A stretch of DNA of 64,000 nt, taken from contig JAPKNN010000005.1 in NCBI GenBank assembly GCA_040266715.1, forward strand, positions 31,027 through 95,026. Direction: 5' to 3'. A program made the translations under genes and the position numbers. Positions 10,449 to 20,275 of the stretch are shown piece after piece. Every line of letters starts with the position of its first letter. Position 1 is the stretch's first letter. The notes below the pieces were generated by a model. It did not search any database. It was not told where the DNA came from and worked only from the letters and a program-made list of their open reading frames with translations. Source of the stretch: Paracoccaceae bacterium. Its GTDB lineage: Bacteria; Pseudomonadota; Alphaproteobacteria; JAPKNN01.

Positions 10449-11030
10449 TTAATCACGGTCCTTATTAATTTTATCTTTCTGATGGGAAGTGATTAAAGGT
10501 AATTGTAAGGAGATAAAAATAATGGTTAAAGGCAAAAAACCAAATAATTTAAATCCTGCCCAAAATTCCGTAGAAAAATTACGCCACACAATTTCATTAA
10601 TACCTCCCATTACAATAAAAAAAACAATCCATCTTTTTGTAAGCGTATTCCATATGTCTCGCGGTAATTGAATATTTTCTCCCATTAACATCTCTAAAAT
10701 ATTTTTATTCATTTTAAGCCCTACAAATAATACTAAGGCAAAGGAAAAATTAAGAATGGTAGGTTTAAGTTTTATAAATAGTGCGTCATGAAAAATGAGC
10801 GTAAAACTACCAAATATAACAACCAATAGAACACTAGAAAGTAGTACATAGGATATTTTCCTAGCAAAATGCCAGTGTAAAGCTAAACTTACAACGCTTG
10901 CAATAATAAAAGCAGCTGTAGCAAAATAAATATCGTAACGACTTGTAAAAAAGAAGAACAAGCCAAGCGGTACGATGTCTAAGGATATTTTTAACCATTG
11001 GGGTATTTCTTGGGTGTTTTTTTGTAACAT
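10449..11030 (-). CDS. yciB: Intracellular septation protein A (YciB/IspZ family inner-membrane protein)
   Basis: 193-aa protein with 5 TM helices and the conserved position immediately downstream of ftsY in alphaproteobacteria. Confidence 0.75.
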   Translation of the reverse strand: MLQKNTQEIPQWLKISLDIVPLGLFFFFTSRYDIYFATAAFIIASVVSLALHWHFARKISYVLLSSVLLVVIFGSFTLIFHDALFIKLKPTILNFSFALVLFVGLKMNKNILEMLMGENIQLPRDIWNTLTKRWIVFFIVMGGINEIVWRNFSTEFWAGFKLFGFLPLTIIFISLQLPLITSHQKDKINKDRD

Positions 11031-11031
11031 G

Positions 11032-11991
11032 TTATATTTCTCCTGTATTTTTTTGAGATATATCCAACAAAGCTTCTACATAAGCAATTGCGTTAAAAGG
11101 AACAATATCGTCAATTTTTTCACCTACGCAAATAGCCCTAATTGGTATGTTATATTTCTGACAGATAGCAACGATAATTCCACCTCTTGCGCTACCATCC
11201 ATTTTTGTGATTATTAGCCCATTTAAATTTAATTTTTTGTGAAACATATCGACTTGGGAAAGCGAATTCTGACCTGTCGTTGCATCAATAATAAGATATC
11301 TATCTTGCCGCTCTTGTGTCGATATTTTGTTCAGTACACGTTGAATTTTCTCTAGTTCACTCATAAGATTAACTTGATTTTGCAAACGTCCTGCCGTGTC
11401 AATTATAACAGTATGAAAGCCATTTTCTAGCGCGTAAGCATATGCTTCATAAATTAAGGCCGCTGCATCATATCCTGAATCTTTTGTAAAAATTTCCACT
11501 ACTATGCGTTTTGCCCATATAGCTAACTGTTCAACCGCGGCGGCTCGAAAAGTATCTGCTGCAACAATTAACGTTTTATATCCTGCTTGTTTATATTTAT
11601 AAGCTATTTTTGCAACTGTCGTTGTTTTACCACTACCATTAACACCCGCGAGCAAAACTATATAGGGGAGTTTATCTTTTTTATGTAAAACTATATCACT
11701 TGCTTTTTCAGCAAGTTTTTCGCCAAGATAAGTGGCAAGATATTGCTGTATATGTCTAATATCTTCATTTTTATCAAAACGCTTAGTTTTTAGGAAGGCC
11801 ATTATATCTGCTGTTGCCTGAACACCAAAATCATTGAGCAACATTATGTCTTCAAGTGTTTCCAAATCCTCTTGCTTTAACCTGTCTTTCTGCGTAATTT
11901 CTTGGAGCTGCTGAACAAAACTTTGCCTTGTTTTGCGCAGACCCACTCGCAATTTTTTAAAGAAGCCAAGTTCTTTTTCACTCTCAGACAT
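11032..11991 (-). CDS. ftsY: Signal recognition particle receptor FtsY
   Basis: SRP-GTPase motifs GVNGSGKTTT, DTAGR, TKMDG (ITKMDGSARGG). Confidence 0.92.
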   Translation of the reverse strand: MSESEKELGFFKKLRVGLRKTRQSFVQQLQEITQKDRLKQEDLETLEDIMLLNDFGVQATADIMAFLKTKRFDKNEDIRHIQQYLATYLGEKLAEKASDIVLHKKDKLPYIVLLAGVNGSGKTTTVAKIAYKYKQAGYKTLIVAADTFRAAAVEQLAIWAKRIVVEIFTKDSGYDAAALIYEAYAYALENGFHTVIIDTAGRLQNQVNLMSELEKIQRVLNKISTQERQDRYLIIDATTGQNSLSQVDMFHKKLNLNGLIITKMDGSARGGIIVAICQKYNIPIRAICVGEKIDDIVPFNAIAYVEALLDISQKNTGEI

Positions 11992-13294
11992 AAATGTGAG
12001 ACCCTTTTATCTTATTTCCATGAAACCCCTGACAGTTTTTTTCATTATATATTGGTTGACCTATCAATTGATTATCAACAATATTTGTAATTTGTAGTAT
12101 TACCATACTACCAATTTGCGTATCCGTATTACAGCTTACGGGAAGATAATGAGGAGTTAAGCCAAAACTATTCTTTTCAATAAGGACTTCTTGCTTTGTT
12201 CCTATAATTTTACTAAATAATTCATGTCTTTTTTGCGTTCCTTTTTCCCTTAATAGACGCGCACGTTCACGAATTATTGTCTTTTCATTTTGTGGCATTC
12301 TTGCAGCTGGTGTATTATTTTGTGCAGAAAAAGGGAAAACATGTAATAATGATATGTTACACTCGTCAATTAGGTTCATAGTGTTATTAAAGTGTTGCTC
12401 ATTTTCTGTTGGAAATCCTGCTATAATATCGGCACCTAAAACAATGTCGGAACGAATGGTTCGTAGCTTATGACAAAATTCAATAACATTCTCACGACTA
12501 TGTCTGCGTTTCATACGTTTGAGTATCATATTATCACCAGATTGCAGTGATAAATGCAAATGCGGCATAAAGCGTTCTTCAGATATACATTCTATGAGAT
12601 CATAAGGTATCTCGGCACAATCGACAGAAGATAAACGCAAGCGTTTTAAAGCAGGAACTTCGCTTAAAATTTTTTGTACTAATCCTCCTAATGTAATGCT
12701 CTCATCTAAATCATTACCATAAGCCGTAATATCAACTCCTGTAAGAATAAATTCCTTATAACCATTCTCGCATAATACCTGTATTTGCTGTATAATTTTT
12801 CTATAACAAACAGACCGAGAATCACCTCTTGCAAAAGGAATAATACAAAAAGTGCACCTATGATCACAGCCATTCTGAATTTTAATAAAAGCTCTTGTAT
12901 AATTCCCAAATTGCTCAAGCATGTGACTGCTTGTTTCATAGGCATCCTCTTGTGTTGTTATAAGAACATCTTGCGATTCTGGTTTAGTAATATAAGCTTG
13001 AGCCGATAATTTATGCGTATTGTCAACAATAATATCCACAGGAGTCTTTTCTTTCAACTCAGTTGGATATAAATGCGCTGCACATCCCGTAACAATAATT
13101 TTTTTATGCGGGTATTTTCTTTTGGCTTTTCGAATAATCTGTCGTGTCTGTCTTAGGGCTTCCTTAGTAACACAGCAACTATTTATGACAACCATTTCTT
13201 GGTCAATATTGGCTTTTTTAAGACAATACTTAATTTCTTGTGTCTCTTGTATATTAAGACGACAACCCATCGTGATAAATTCAGCTTTAGTCAT
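11984..13294 (-). CDS. mtaB: tRNA methylthiotransferase MtaB (MiaB-like radical SAM enzyme)
   Basis: UPF0004 N-domain (FITMGCRLN), radical-SAM CDHRCTFCIIP, and a TRAM-like C-terminus. ATG 13294 (MTKAEF) is preferred over the longest frame (13378). The 3' end overlaps the ftsY start by 8 nt. Confidence 0.85.
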   Translation of the reverse strand: MTKAEFITMGCRLNIQETQEIKYCLKKANIDQEMVVINSCCVTKEALRQTRQIIRKAKRKYPHKKIIVTGCAAHLYPTELKEKTPVDIIVDNTHKLSAQAYITKPESQDVLITTQEDAYETSSHMLEQFGNYTRAFIKIQNGCDHRCTFCIIPFARGDSRSVCYRKIIQQIQVLCENGYKEFILTGVDITAYGNDLDESITLGGLVQKILSEVPALKRLRLSSVDCAEIPYDLIECISEERFMPHLHLSLQSGDNMILKRMKRRHSRENVIEFCHKLRTIRSDIVLGADIIAGFPTENEQHFNNTMNLIDECNISLLHVFPFSAQNNTPAARMPQNEKTIIRERARLLREKGTQKRHELFSKIIGTKQEVLIEKNSFGLTPHYLPVSCNTDTQIGSMVILQITNIVDNQLIGQPIYNEKNCQGFHGNKIKGSHIYV

Positions 13295-13429
13295 AAAAAT
13301 ATAGTTAATGATTTTACTTTGCGTTTTATTCGCATTGGGCAAACACACGCAATAGCATGTCATATAGTGAGCCAACACATGCTTTTATGTCACAAAAGTG
13401 CCATCAAATCTACAAAAAACAGAAAGGTT

Positions 13430-15106
13430 TTAGAATAAACCCTCTATTTGACCATTTTTATCTAGACAAATATCCACTGCCGCTGGTTTTCCTGGTAAAC
13501 CAGGCATTGTCATAATTTCTCCGCAGATAGCAACAATAAACTCCGCTCCTGCGGAAAGTCTTACTTCTCTTATGGGAACAACATGCCCTGACGGTGCACC
13601 AAGAGTATTAGGATTTGCAGAAAAACTATATTGTGTTTTAGCCATGCAAATTGGAAAATGACCAAACCCTTGCTTTTCAAATCCTTCTAACCTTTTTACT
13701 ATTGTCTTATCAACACTCACATCTTTTCCATGATATATTTTCTGCACTATAGTACGCATCTTTTCTAACAACGGCATCGAATCGGGATAAAGCGGTTGAA
13801 AATCAGCTTTGCCACTTTCTACCAAAGAGATAACTTTATGTGCTAATTCTTCGGCACCTTCACCTCCCAATGCCCAATGTTTAGAAGTAATTGCCTCTAC
13901 ATCATGCTCACTCTGACAATATTGTTTAACAAGATTAATTTCATTTTCTGTATCTGCTACAAAATGATTAATTGCAACAGCTACGGGAACACCAAAGGAT
14001 TTCACATTTTTAATATGTCGTCCTAGATTTTCTAGCCCATCCTTTAATGCGTTTAAATTTTCTTCTTTTAGATTTGATTTTTTTACGCCGCCATGCATTT
14101 TTAGAGCACGTATCGTTGCAACTATAACCGCAGCAGACGGCTTTAAGCCTGCCTTTCTGCATTTGATATCAAAAAATTTCTCTGCACCTAGATCTGCACC
14201 GAAACCTGCCTCTGTTACGACATAGTCCGACAATTTCAGTGCCGTTTTAGTTGCCACCACAGAATTGCATCCATGAGCAATATTTGCAAATGGTCCTCCA
14301 TGTACAAAAGCGGGGTTATTTTCTAACGTTTGCACTAAATTCGGTGAAAGTGCATCTTTTAATAAAACCGTCATAGCTCCTGCAGCTTTGAGATCACTCG
14401 CACGTATGACGTCCTTGTTTTTACTGCGGCCAATAATAATATTAGCAATACGCCTTTCCAGATCATCCAGATTGTTAGATAGGCACAAAATAGCCATAAT
14501 CTCAGATGCAACTGTAATATCAAAACCTGTTTGACGCGGATAACCATTTGGAACACCGCCCATAGCCGATACTATATCACGCAGCGATCTATCGTTCATG
14601 TCTAACACGCGCCGCCATGTTATGCGCCGTGTATCAATTTTTAACTTATTGCCCCAGAATATATGGTTGTCAATGAGAGCTGAAAGCAAGTTATGCGTTG
14701 CTGTAATTGCATGAAAATCACCTGTGAAATGTAAATTAATATCTTCCATTGGCACAACTTGTGCGTAGCCCCCTCCAGCAGCTCCACCCTTCATACCAAA
14801 GCAAGGACCCAAACTCGGTTCACGCAAACACATAAGCGTTTTTTTACCAACTCGGTTAAGCGCATCGCCAAGACCAACAGTTGTTGTGGTTTTACCCTCT
14901 CCTGCTGGCGTTGGACTCATTGCTGTAACAAGAATGAGCTTTCCGTCTGGTTTATCTTTTAGTCCATCAATAAACGACGGCGATAATTTTGCCTTTGAGT
15001 GTCCATAAGGTTCAATTTGATCACTATTGATATTGATGCTAGAAGCAATATCAAAAATAGGTTTAAGCTTCGCATTGCGTGCTATTTCAATATCCGTTAA
15101 ATTCAT
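13430..15106 (-). CDS. fhs: Formate--tetrahydrofolate ligase
   Basis: FTHFS motifs [29 protein letters not shown] 15106 (MNLTDIEIA) follows AGGAAG at 8-nt spacing and is preferred over 15139. Confidence 0.92.
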   Translation of the reverse strand: MNLTDIEIARNAKLKPIFDIASSININSDQIEPYGHSKAKLSPSFIDGLKDKPDGKLILVTAMSPTPAGEGKTTTTVGLGDALNRVGKKTLMCLREPSLGPCFGMKGGAAGGGYAQVVPMEDINLHFTGDFHAITATHNLLSALIDNHIFWGNKLKIDTRRITWRRVLDMNDRSLRDIVSAMGGVPNGYPRQTGFDITVASEIMAILCLSNNLDDLERRIANIIIGRSKNKDVIRASDLKAAGAMTVLLKDALSPNLVQTLENNPAFVHGGPFANIAHGCNSVVATKTALKLSDYVVTEAGFGADLGAEKFFDIKCRKAGLKPSAAVIVATIRALKMHGGVKKSNLKEENLNALKDGLENLGRHIKNVKSFGVPVAVAINHFVADTENEINLVKQYCQSEHDVEAITSKHWALGGEGAEELAHKVISLVESGKADFQPLYPDSMPLLEKMRTIVQKIYHGKDVSVDKTIVKRLEGFEKQGFGHFPICMAKTQYSFSANPNTLGAPSGHVVPIREVRLSAGAEFIVAICGEIMTMPGLPGKPAAVDICLDKNGQIEGLF

Positions 15107-15145
15107 GCCTATGTCTTCCTTTTTATTTCTTAGTTGCACAATTTT

Positions 15146-15174
15146 TGTATATTGGCTTGTATTTTATACTGTAA
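15146..15174 (-). promoter_or_regulatory. Sigma-70-like promoter candidate for fhs
   Basis: Minus strand TTACAG (15169-15174), 17 nt, TATACA (15146-15151), about 35 nt upstream of the fhs ATG. Confidence 0.3.
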
Positions 15175-15647
15175 CGCAAGAGATACCGTGCTCAAATACA
15201 TTCGCCTTTTCGAGCAATTTCGCTTAATTTATTCGGTTTTACTTATAAGCGTATTGTATATACGAACAATTATAGCATATAAAAGACACGGTCGCTGCTA
15301 TTGGATATTTAGCACCATTTATTGCATTTTCCATGTACTAGCTTATAAAGCTAAATGCTATAAAAATCTTTTCCTATTGCCATCTTTCTTGTGATAAGAA
15401 GAGTATAAGTCAAGTCCACAGGAATGAACCATTAAATAATACGCTAGGTATTCCTGTCTTTCTATTTTCCTTATTGTCTGCAAGCACTTCATTAAGATTT
15501 TACGTAGATTTTATGGGATTGTAAAACTGATAATAAACGCAGCTATATACAGTGCTGACCGTAATATCTTAAAAGAGTTAACTCAAAAAAACGATGGTGT
15601 TAAATGCATATACTACACAACAGCTAAATGTAGGGAGCCATAATTTT

Positions 15648-17138
15648 TTAATTACACGCTATAGATAATAATGTGTCTAAACATATATGCTGCTCACAGG
15701 TTTTTGCTATCTCGTCTAAAATCGAATCTATTTTTCTATTATAATCATAGGATTCTCCAGCAAAATCAGCACTCAATCTCTGTAAGAAATTTTGTCTAAA
15801 TTTATCATCCGAAAAAAGACCATGCACATATAAACCACTCACATTACCATTTTCAGAAGTTGCACCACAGGCTGCATCTTTATTTTCACAAACCAGAAAT
15901 GGCCTTTCACAATCTTTTCCGAAGGTCCTGCCCATATGAATCTCATATCCCACAACGTTGTGCCCGTCTGATAAATGAAATTGTCTTTGACGTACTGTTT
16001 TGTCTCTATCGAAAATTGTTTCTACATTAAGTAACCCTAACCCCTCACAACTCTCATTAACATTTCCCTCCAGTCCATAAGGGTCAGAAATTTTTTTTCC
16101 TAACATTTGATAACCAGCACATATCCCCAAAACCTTTTTTCCACGACGCACATGTGCCTGAATATCAATATGCCAACCTTGCGCATACACAAATTTTAAA
16201 TCGGCTATTGTTGATTTTGAACCTGGTAGAATAATTAAATCAGATTCCGGCAAAGCTTTACCTGCTTTACCAATGGTTACATTTACCCCTTTTGTTAATC
16301 TAAGGGGATCAAGATCATCAAAATTTGCGATACGGGGTAACTCAGGAACAACAATATGCAAAGATTTTTTTGAAGGATCTCTCTCAATATTTCTATTGTT
16401 TTGTATAGAATCGGATAATGACGTTGAATCCTCTGCGGGTAGTAGTGAAGCCTGTTGTATATAAGGTAATACACCTAAATTTTTCCATGACGTTTTTTGT
16501 GTAATGAGCTCTAAACCTTTGTCAAACAAACGAATATCGCCTCTGAATTTGTTAATAAGATACCCTTTTACTTGTAATAAATCATTTGTAGATAATACGT
16601 GTTTCATCCCTACCAAAGAGGCGATAACTCCACCTCTGTCTATGTCGCCTATTAAAATAACGGGGACATTATTGTGACGCGCAAAACCCATATTTGCAAT
16701 ATCACCCGCTCGTAAGTTAATTTCACCAGCACTACCTGCACCCTCCACAAGTATAAGGTCAGCTTGTTTCTTCAATTTATCAAAAGCCTTACATACACTC
16801 GATAGTAAGTGTGGGCGCAACTCTTGATAAGCCATAGCATCGTAGCGACCATACACTTTCCCATCTAGAATAACTTGCGAACCTTTTTCTGACTCAGGTT
16901 TTAGCAAAACGGGATTCATAGCGACAACTGGTTCTGCACGGCAAGCCAGTGCTTGTAAGTATTGTGCTCTACCGATTTCTGCGCCACAACGTGTTACAGC
17001 GGCATTATTAGACATGTTCTGCGGTTTAAAGGGTAAAACATTTATTCCTCTATTGCTAAATGCACGACACAGAGCTGCAACAACAAGACTTTTGCCTGCG
17101 TCTGAACCTGTGGCCTGAAACATAATTGCACCTGCCAT
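15648..17138 (-). CDS. cobQ: Cobyric acid synthase
   Basis: 496-aa ORF with an N-terminal CobQ/CobB ATPase (IMFQATGSDAGKS) plus a C-terminal GATase-3 domain (GICAGYQMLG). No other cob genes are in the window. Confidence 0.85.
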   Translation of the reverse strand: MAGAIMFQATGSDAGKSLVVAALCRAFSNRGINVLPFKPQNMSNNAAVTRCGAEIGRAQYLQALACRAEPVVAMNPVLLKPESEKGSQVILDGKVYGRYDAMAYQELRPHLLSSVCKAFDKLKKQADLILVEGAGSAGEINLRAGDIANMGFARHNNVPVILIGDIDRGGVIASLVGMKHVLSTNDLLQVKGYLINKFRGDIRLFDKGLELITQKTSWKNLGVLPYIQQASLLPAEDSTSLSDSIQNNRNIERDPSKKSLHIVVPELPRIANFDDLDPLRLTKGVNVTIGKAGKALPESDLIILPGSKSTIADLKFVYAQGWHIDIQAHVRRGKKVLGICAGYQMLGKKISDPYGLEGNVNESCEGLGLLNVETIFDRDKTVRQRQFHLSDGHNVVGYEIHMGRTFGKDCERPFLVCENKDAACGATSENGNVSGLYVHGLFSDDKFRQNFLQRLSADFAGESYDYNRKIDSILDEIAKTCEQHICLDTLLSIACN

Positions 17139-17157
17139 AGTAAACTACACCTTGATG

Positions 17158-17694
17158 TTACAAATAGTTAAAAAAATAACTTCCCGAAAAGCCAATATAC
17201 CCATAATATACTAAAAAGGCCGCCGCAGATATCGCAACCCCATAAGGAATTTTATTGTTATGGACCAACCTATCTAAGGGTTTAAAGGCTAACATTATAG
17301 GCGGAAAGTGTACCTTACGTACAAGAAGTATGAACAATGTAAGAGCACCACCTATAAGACTAAAAAAAAGAGCAAAAATCAATATATTTTCTAATCCTAG
17401 CCATAACGCACACACAGAAGCTAATTTTACATCCCCTGCTCCTAACAGATTGTAGGCAAATAAAATAAACCCGACTATAAGTACAATAAATCCCGACATA
17501 ACAGAAAGCAAAAAAGCATCCAATGTAACACCAACTATTATTATCATAATGAAAAAAGTAACTGCTAGAATAATGTTCAACCAATTCGGTATCCGAAAAG
17601 TTAACATATCAAAAACAGCCGCAAGTGTAACAAAAAAGGGAAAAACAAGATGCACTAATAATGTTATAAAAGAGGGAGGAATAAAATCAAACAT
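17158..17694 (-). CDS. cpaA: Prepilin peptidase, A24 family (CpaA-like)
   Basis: 178-aa polytopic membrane protein with the GAGDVKL aspartyl-protease motif. Confidence 0.7.
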   Translation of the reverse strand: MFDFIPPSFITLLVHLVFPFFVTLAAVFDMLTFRIPNWLNIILAVTFFIMIIIVGVTLDAFLLSVMSGFIVLIVGFILFAYNLLGAGDVKLASVCALWLGLENILIFALFFSLIGGALTLFILLVRKVHFPPIMLAFKPLDRLVHNNKIPYGVAISAAAFLVYYGYIGFSGSYFFNYL

Positions 17695-17716
17695 ATTCTA
17701 TACTTCTAATTGTAAA

Positions 17717-18745
17717 TTATAACCAACCAGACAATTCGTTTTTTAAAAGATTTTTGTATAATGTAATAGCATTTTCACTATCATTCAAACATGGTATATA
17801 GGCAAAATTTTCACCTCCATTATCTTTAAAAATATCACCTATTTCTTCTTGGATTTCTTCTAATGTTTCTAAACAATCTGCAGAAAAACCTGGTGCTATA
17901 ACAACAATATTCTTTACTCCTTGTTGTGCTAACATAGCCACACTATCTGCTGAATAAGGTTGTAACCAAGGGTCCTTACCAAAACGAGACTGAAATGTTG
18001 TCATAACAAAATTATCATCACAATTCAATTTTTCTTTTAAAAGACGGCTTGTTTTTTGACAATGACAATGATACGGATCCCCTTTTTTAAAATACGACTC
18101 AGGAATGCCATGAAAACTCACAATGAGTTTTTCTGGTTTAAACGAAAGTTTCCCTAAACTCTCATCAATCATATTACTCAGCATATCAATATACAAGGGA
18201 TGGTCATGATACGGTGGTAAACTACGTATAGAAGGCATCCAGCGCAAAGTCTTTAAGGCATCAAAACAATCATCCATAACACTCGCTGTCGTGCTTGCAC
18301 AATATTGTGGATAAAGGGGCATAATTAAAAGGCGATCACAACCTTGTTGTTTTAAATGCTCTATTTGACTGCGTATACTCGGTTTTCCATAGCGCATTGC
18401 CCACGCAAGCTGCACATTCGAATAATTTTTTTGTATGTTTTCTTGTAATTTTTGTGTCGTAGCACGCGTCGTTGTTATAAGGGGGGCTTCATTTCTTTCT
18501 TCATTCCAGATTGATTTATAAAGCTTTCCACTTTTACTAGGACGCGTTGTCAGAATAACAACATTAAGCAAAAATTTCCAAATTATAGGATTAACCTCAA
18601 TTACACGCCTGTCGGAAAGGAACTGGTGTAGATAGCGCCTCATTGCACCATAAGTATAATGGCTCGGCGAACCTAAATTAACAAGTAACACTCCAATCTT
18701 TCCATACTTCACCAAAGGATGTCCTGTAGGTAGGGTATTTTTCAT
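17717..18745 (-). CDS. hemH: Ferrochelatase
   Basis: 342-aa ORF with GVLLVNLGSP, MRYGKPSI, LYPQYC, SFHGIPE motifs. Confidence 0.9.
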   Translation of the reverse strand: MKNTLPTGHPLVKYGKIGVLLVNLGSPSHYTYGAMRRYLHQFLSDRRVIEVNPIIWKFLLNVVILTTRPSKSGKLYKSIWNEERNEAPLITTTRATTQKLQENIQKNYSNVQLAWAMRYGKPSIRSQIEHLKQQGCDRLLIMPLYPQYCASTTASVMDDCFDALKTLRWMPSIRSLPPYHDHPLYIDMLSNMIDESLGKLSFKPEKLIVSFHGIPESYFKKGDPYHCHCQKTSRLLKEKLNCDDNFVMTTFQSRFGKDPWLQPYSADSVAMLAQQGVKNIVVIAPGFSADCLETLEEIQEEIGDIFKDNGGENFAYIPCLNDSENAITLYKNLLKNELSGWL

Positions 18746-18789
18746 AACTATCCTAATTCATATATTCAACTTGTGTAACCTACATACAT

Positions 18790-20064
18790 TCATACCTCAA
18801 TAAGAAAATACCAACCATATGCGATAATTAAAGCAGGAATTGCTGTATATAAAGTTGCAATAATAGAGGCTTTAGGCGCTATTGCTAGCGCTGGAAAAAG
18901 GGCATCTCCATCATTACTAATAGAATTTCCAATAAGAGCTGCAAAAGGAAGTATACCAGATAAATAAAGTGATGTCACAACAATTTGTGGCCCACATCCA
19001 GGGATAAAACCTATAGCAATAGCCATTGCAGGCAACCATAAGGGAATTGTTTTAAAAGAATTCTCTAAGGCAAATCCGCTAAAAAATAGTATTAACTCAT
19101 ATAGAACAAAAGCAAACATTACTAAAACCGAAATCAAACACGCATCCCCTATTAAGCGATAGCTTAAGGGACATTCCTTAATATCTTTGTTAGAATTCGA
19201 GTGAAGAAGCGAGATATTTTGGCTATCAGGAAAAATATTCAATGTCCATAAACATAACATAAAGAACATAGCACACACAGCAAGATACACAATGAAAGTT
19301 GGTGGTACTGCAAAAAATAGTGCAATATCCTCGTTACTCCACTGTGCTAACCACAAAACGCCTATTATAAATCCAGGTACAAAAAGAAAAACAAATACAA
19401 TACCTATACTTTGCTGTATTAAAGACAATATATTTTTCTGATTTGAAATCCAATGCGAAAGGGAATTATTTTCTATATATTGCTCTTTATGTACGAGCAT
19501 ACGCAGTGAAGAATTCAGATATGTTTTGTTACAATTCTCATTACGCAGATAGTCTACACCTTTTATGTAATCTACCAGATAACCAAAGCTGATACCCGCT
19601 ATTAATGAGATCACTATAACAAGAAGGCCTGTTGTTGGCTCTCTTACCAGTAAAAGAAAAGCGGCATCTCCCATAGTTGCTGTTAGTGTTGCTATTAAAG
19701 AGCCAAAACTGACATACCCTTTTGCATATTGCATTGTAACAACGATTGCCCCTCCGCATCCTGGCGTTGCTCCAAGTATACCAGCCAAGAAAACCTGATA
19801 CGAACTAGCATTTTTCATAATTTGGTTAAAATCTATATTAAGCAATTTCTCGGCACACATAATTGTTGCCAATGTTGCCAAAACAAAGACAGATACGCCA
19901 AAAAAAGCGTCTTGCATACTTTCTGTTACTATCGTACGCGTATGTGGTAGAAAGTAAAAAATACTTATAAAAGCAAAAATTAGCAACCGCCAAAATTTAA
20001 AATTCGGGAGTCCTCGTAGGGATATTATAACCTGTCTGCTCGTATCAAGAAGTTGTGCAGTCAT
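18790..20064 (-). CDS. Polytopic membrane protein, putative 10-TM metal (Mn-type) transporter, ArsP_2-like
   Basis: 424-aa ORF built as two internal repeats. Each repeat carries PGCG..IVVT and GDA.F motifs (GATPGCGGAIVVT...MGDAAFLL and FIPGCGPQIVVT...NDGDALFP). The family assignment is from memory. Confidence 0.55.
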   Translation of the reverse strand: MTAQLLDTSRQVIISLRGLPNFKFWRLLIFAFISIFYFLPHTRTIVTESMQDAFFGVSVFVLATLATIMCAEKLLNIDFNQIMKNASSYQVFLAGILGATPGCGGAIVVTMQYAKGYVSFGSLIATLTATMGDAAFLLLVREPTTGLLVIVISLIAGISFGYLVDYIKGVDYLRNENCNKTYLNSSLRMLVHKEQYIENNSLSHWISNQKNILSLIQQSIGIVFVFLFVPGFIIGVLWLAQWSNEDIALFFAVPPTFIVYLAVCAMFFMLCLWTLNIFPDSQNISLLHSNSNKDIKECPLSYRLIGDACLISVLVMFAFVLYELILFFSGFALENSFKTIPLWLPAMAIAIGFIPGCGPQIVVTSLYLSGILPFAALIGNSISNDGDALFPALAIAPKASIIATLYTAIPALIIAYGWYFLIEV

Positions 20065-20197
20065 AAAATTTTGTTTTTAATCCTTCAATTCCGATGGCAC
20101 TAACATTACAATGTGTATTCAATAGAATTAACTTGCATACAGCCTGCTCAAAGAATAAATAGAATGTTTTTTCTTATTGTTATTGAGAACTAATATC

Positions 20198-20227
20198 ATT
20201 ATACACTTATTATAAACAAAACGTCAA
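20198..20227 (-). promoter_or_regulatory. Sigma-70-like promoter candidate for the ArsP_2-like transporter gene
   Basis: Minus strand TTGACG (20222-20227), 18 nt, TATAAT (20198-20203). This leaves a leader of about 125 nt. Confidence 0.35.
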
Positions 20228-20275
20228 TAAGGAATTAATAGACACACAGAATTACATTCTACAAAATAGAAAACG

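Noticed and set aside
15107-15647. ZTP (pfl), THF or glycine riboswitch, tmRNA, RNase P or SRP RNA in the long fhs upstream region.
   Set aside because: I could not find the conserved cores by eye on either strand (ACUGGCG...CCGCCUGGGC for ZTP, GGAAAGUCC for RNase P, T-arm/ACCA for tmRNA). The region is kept only as an unexplained spacer. A covariance-model scan is still needed.
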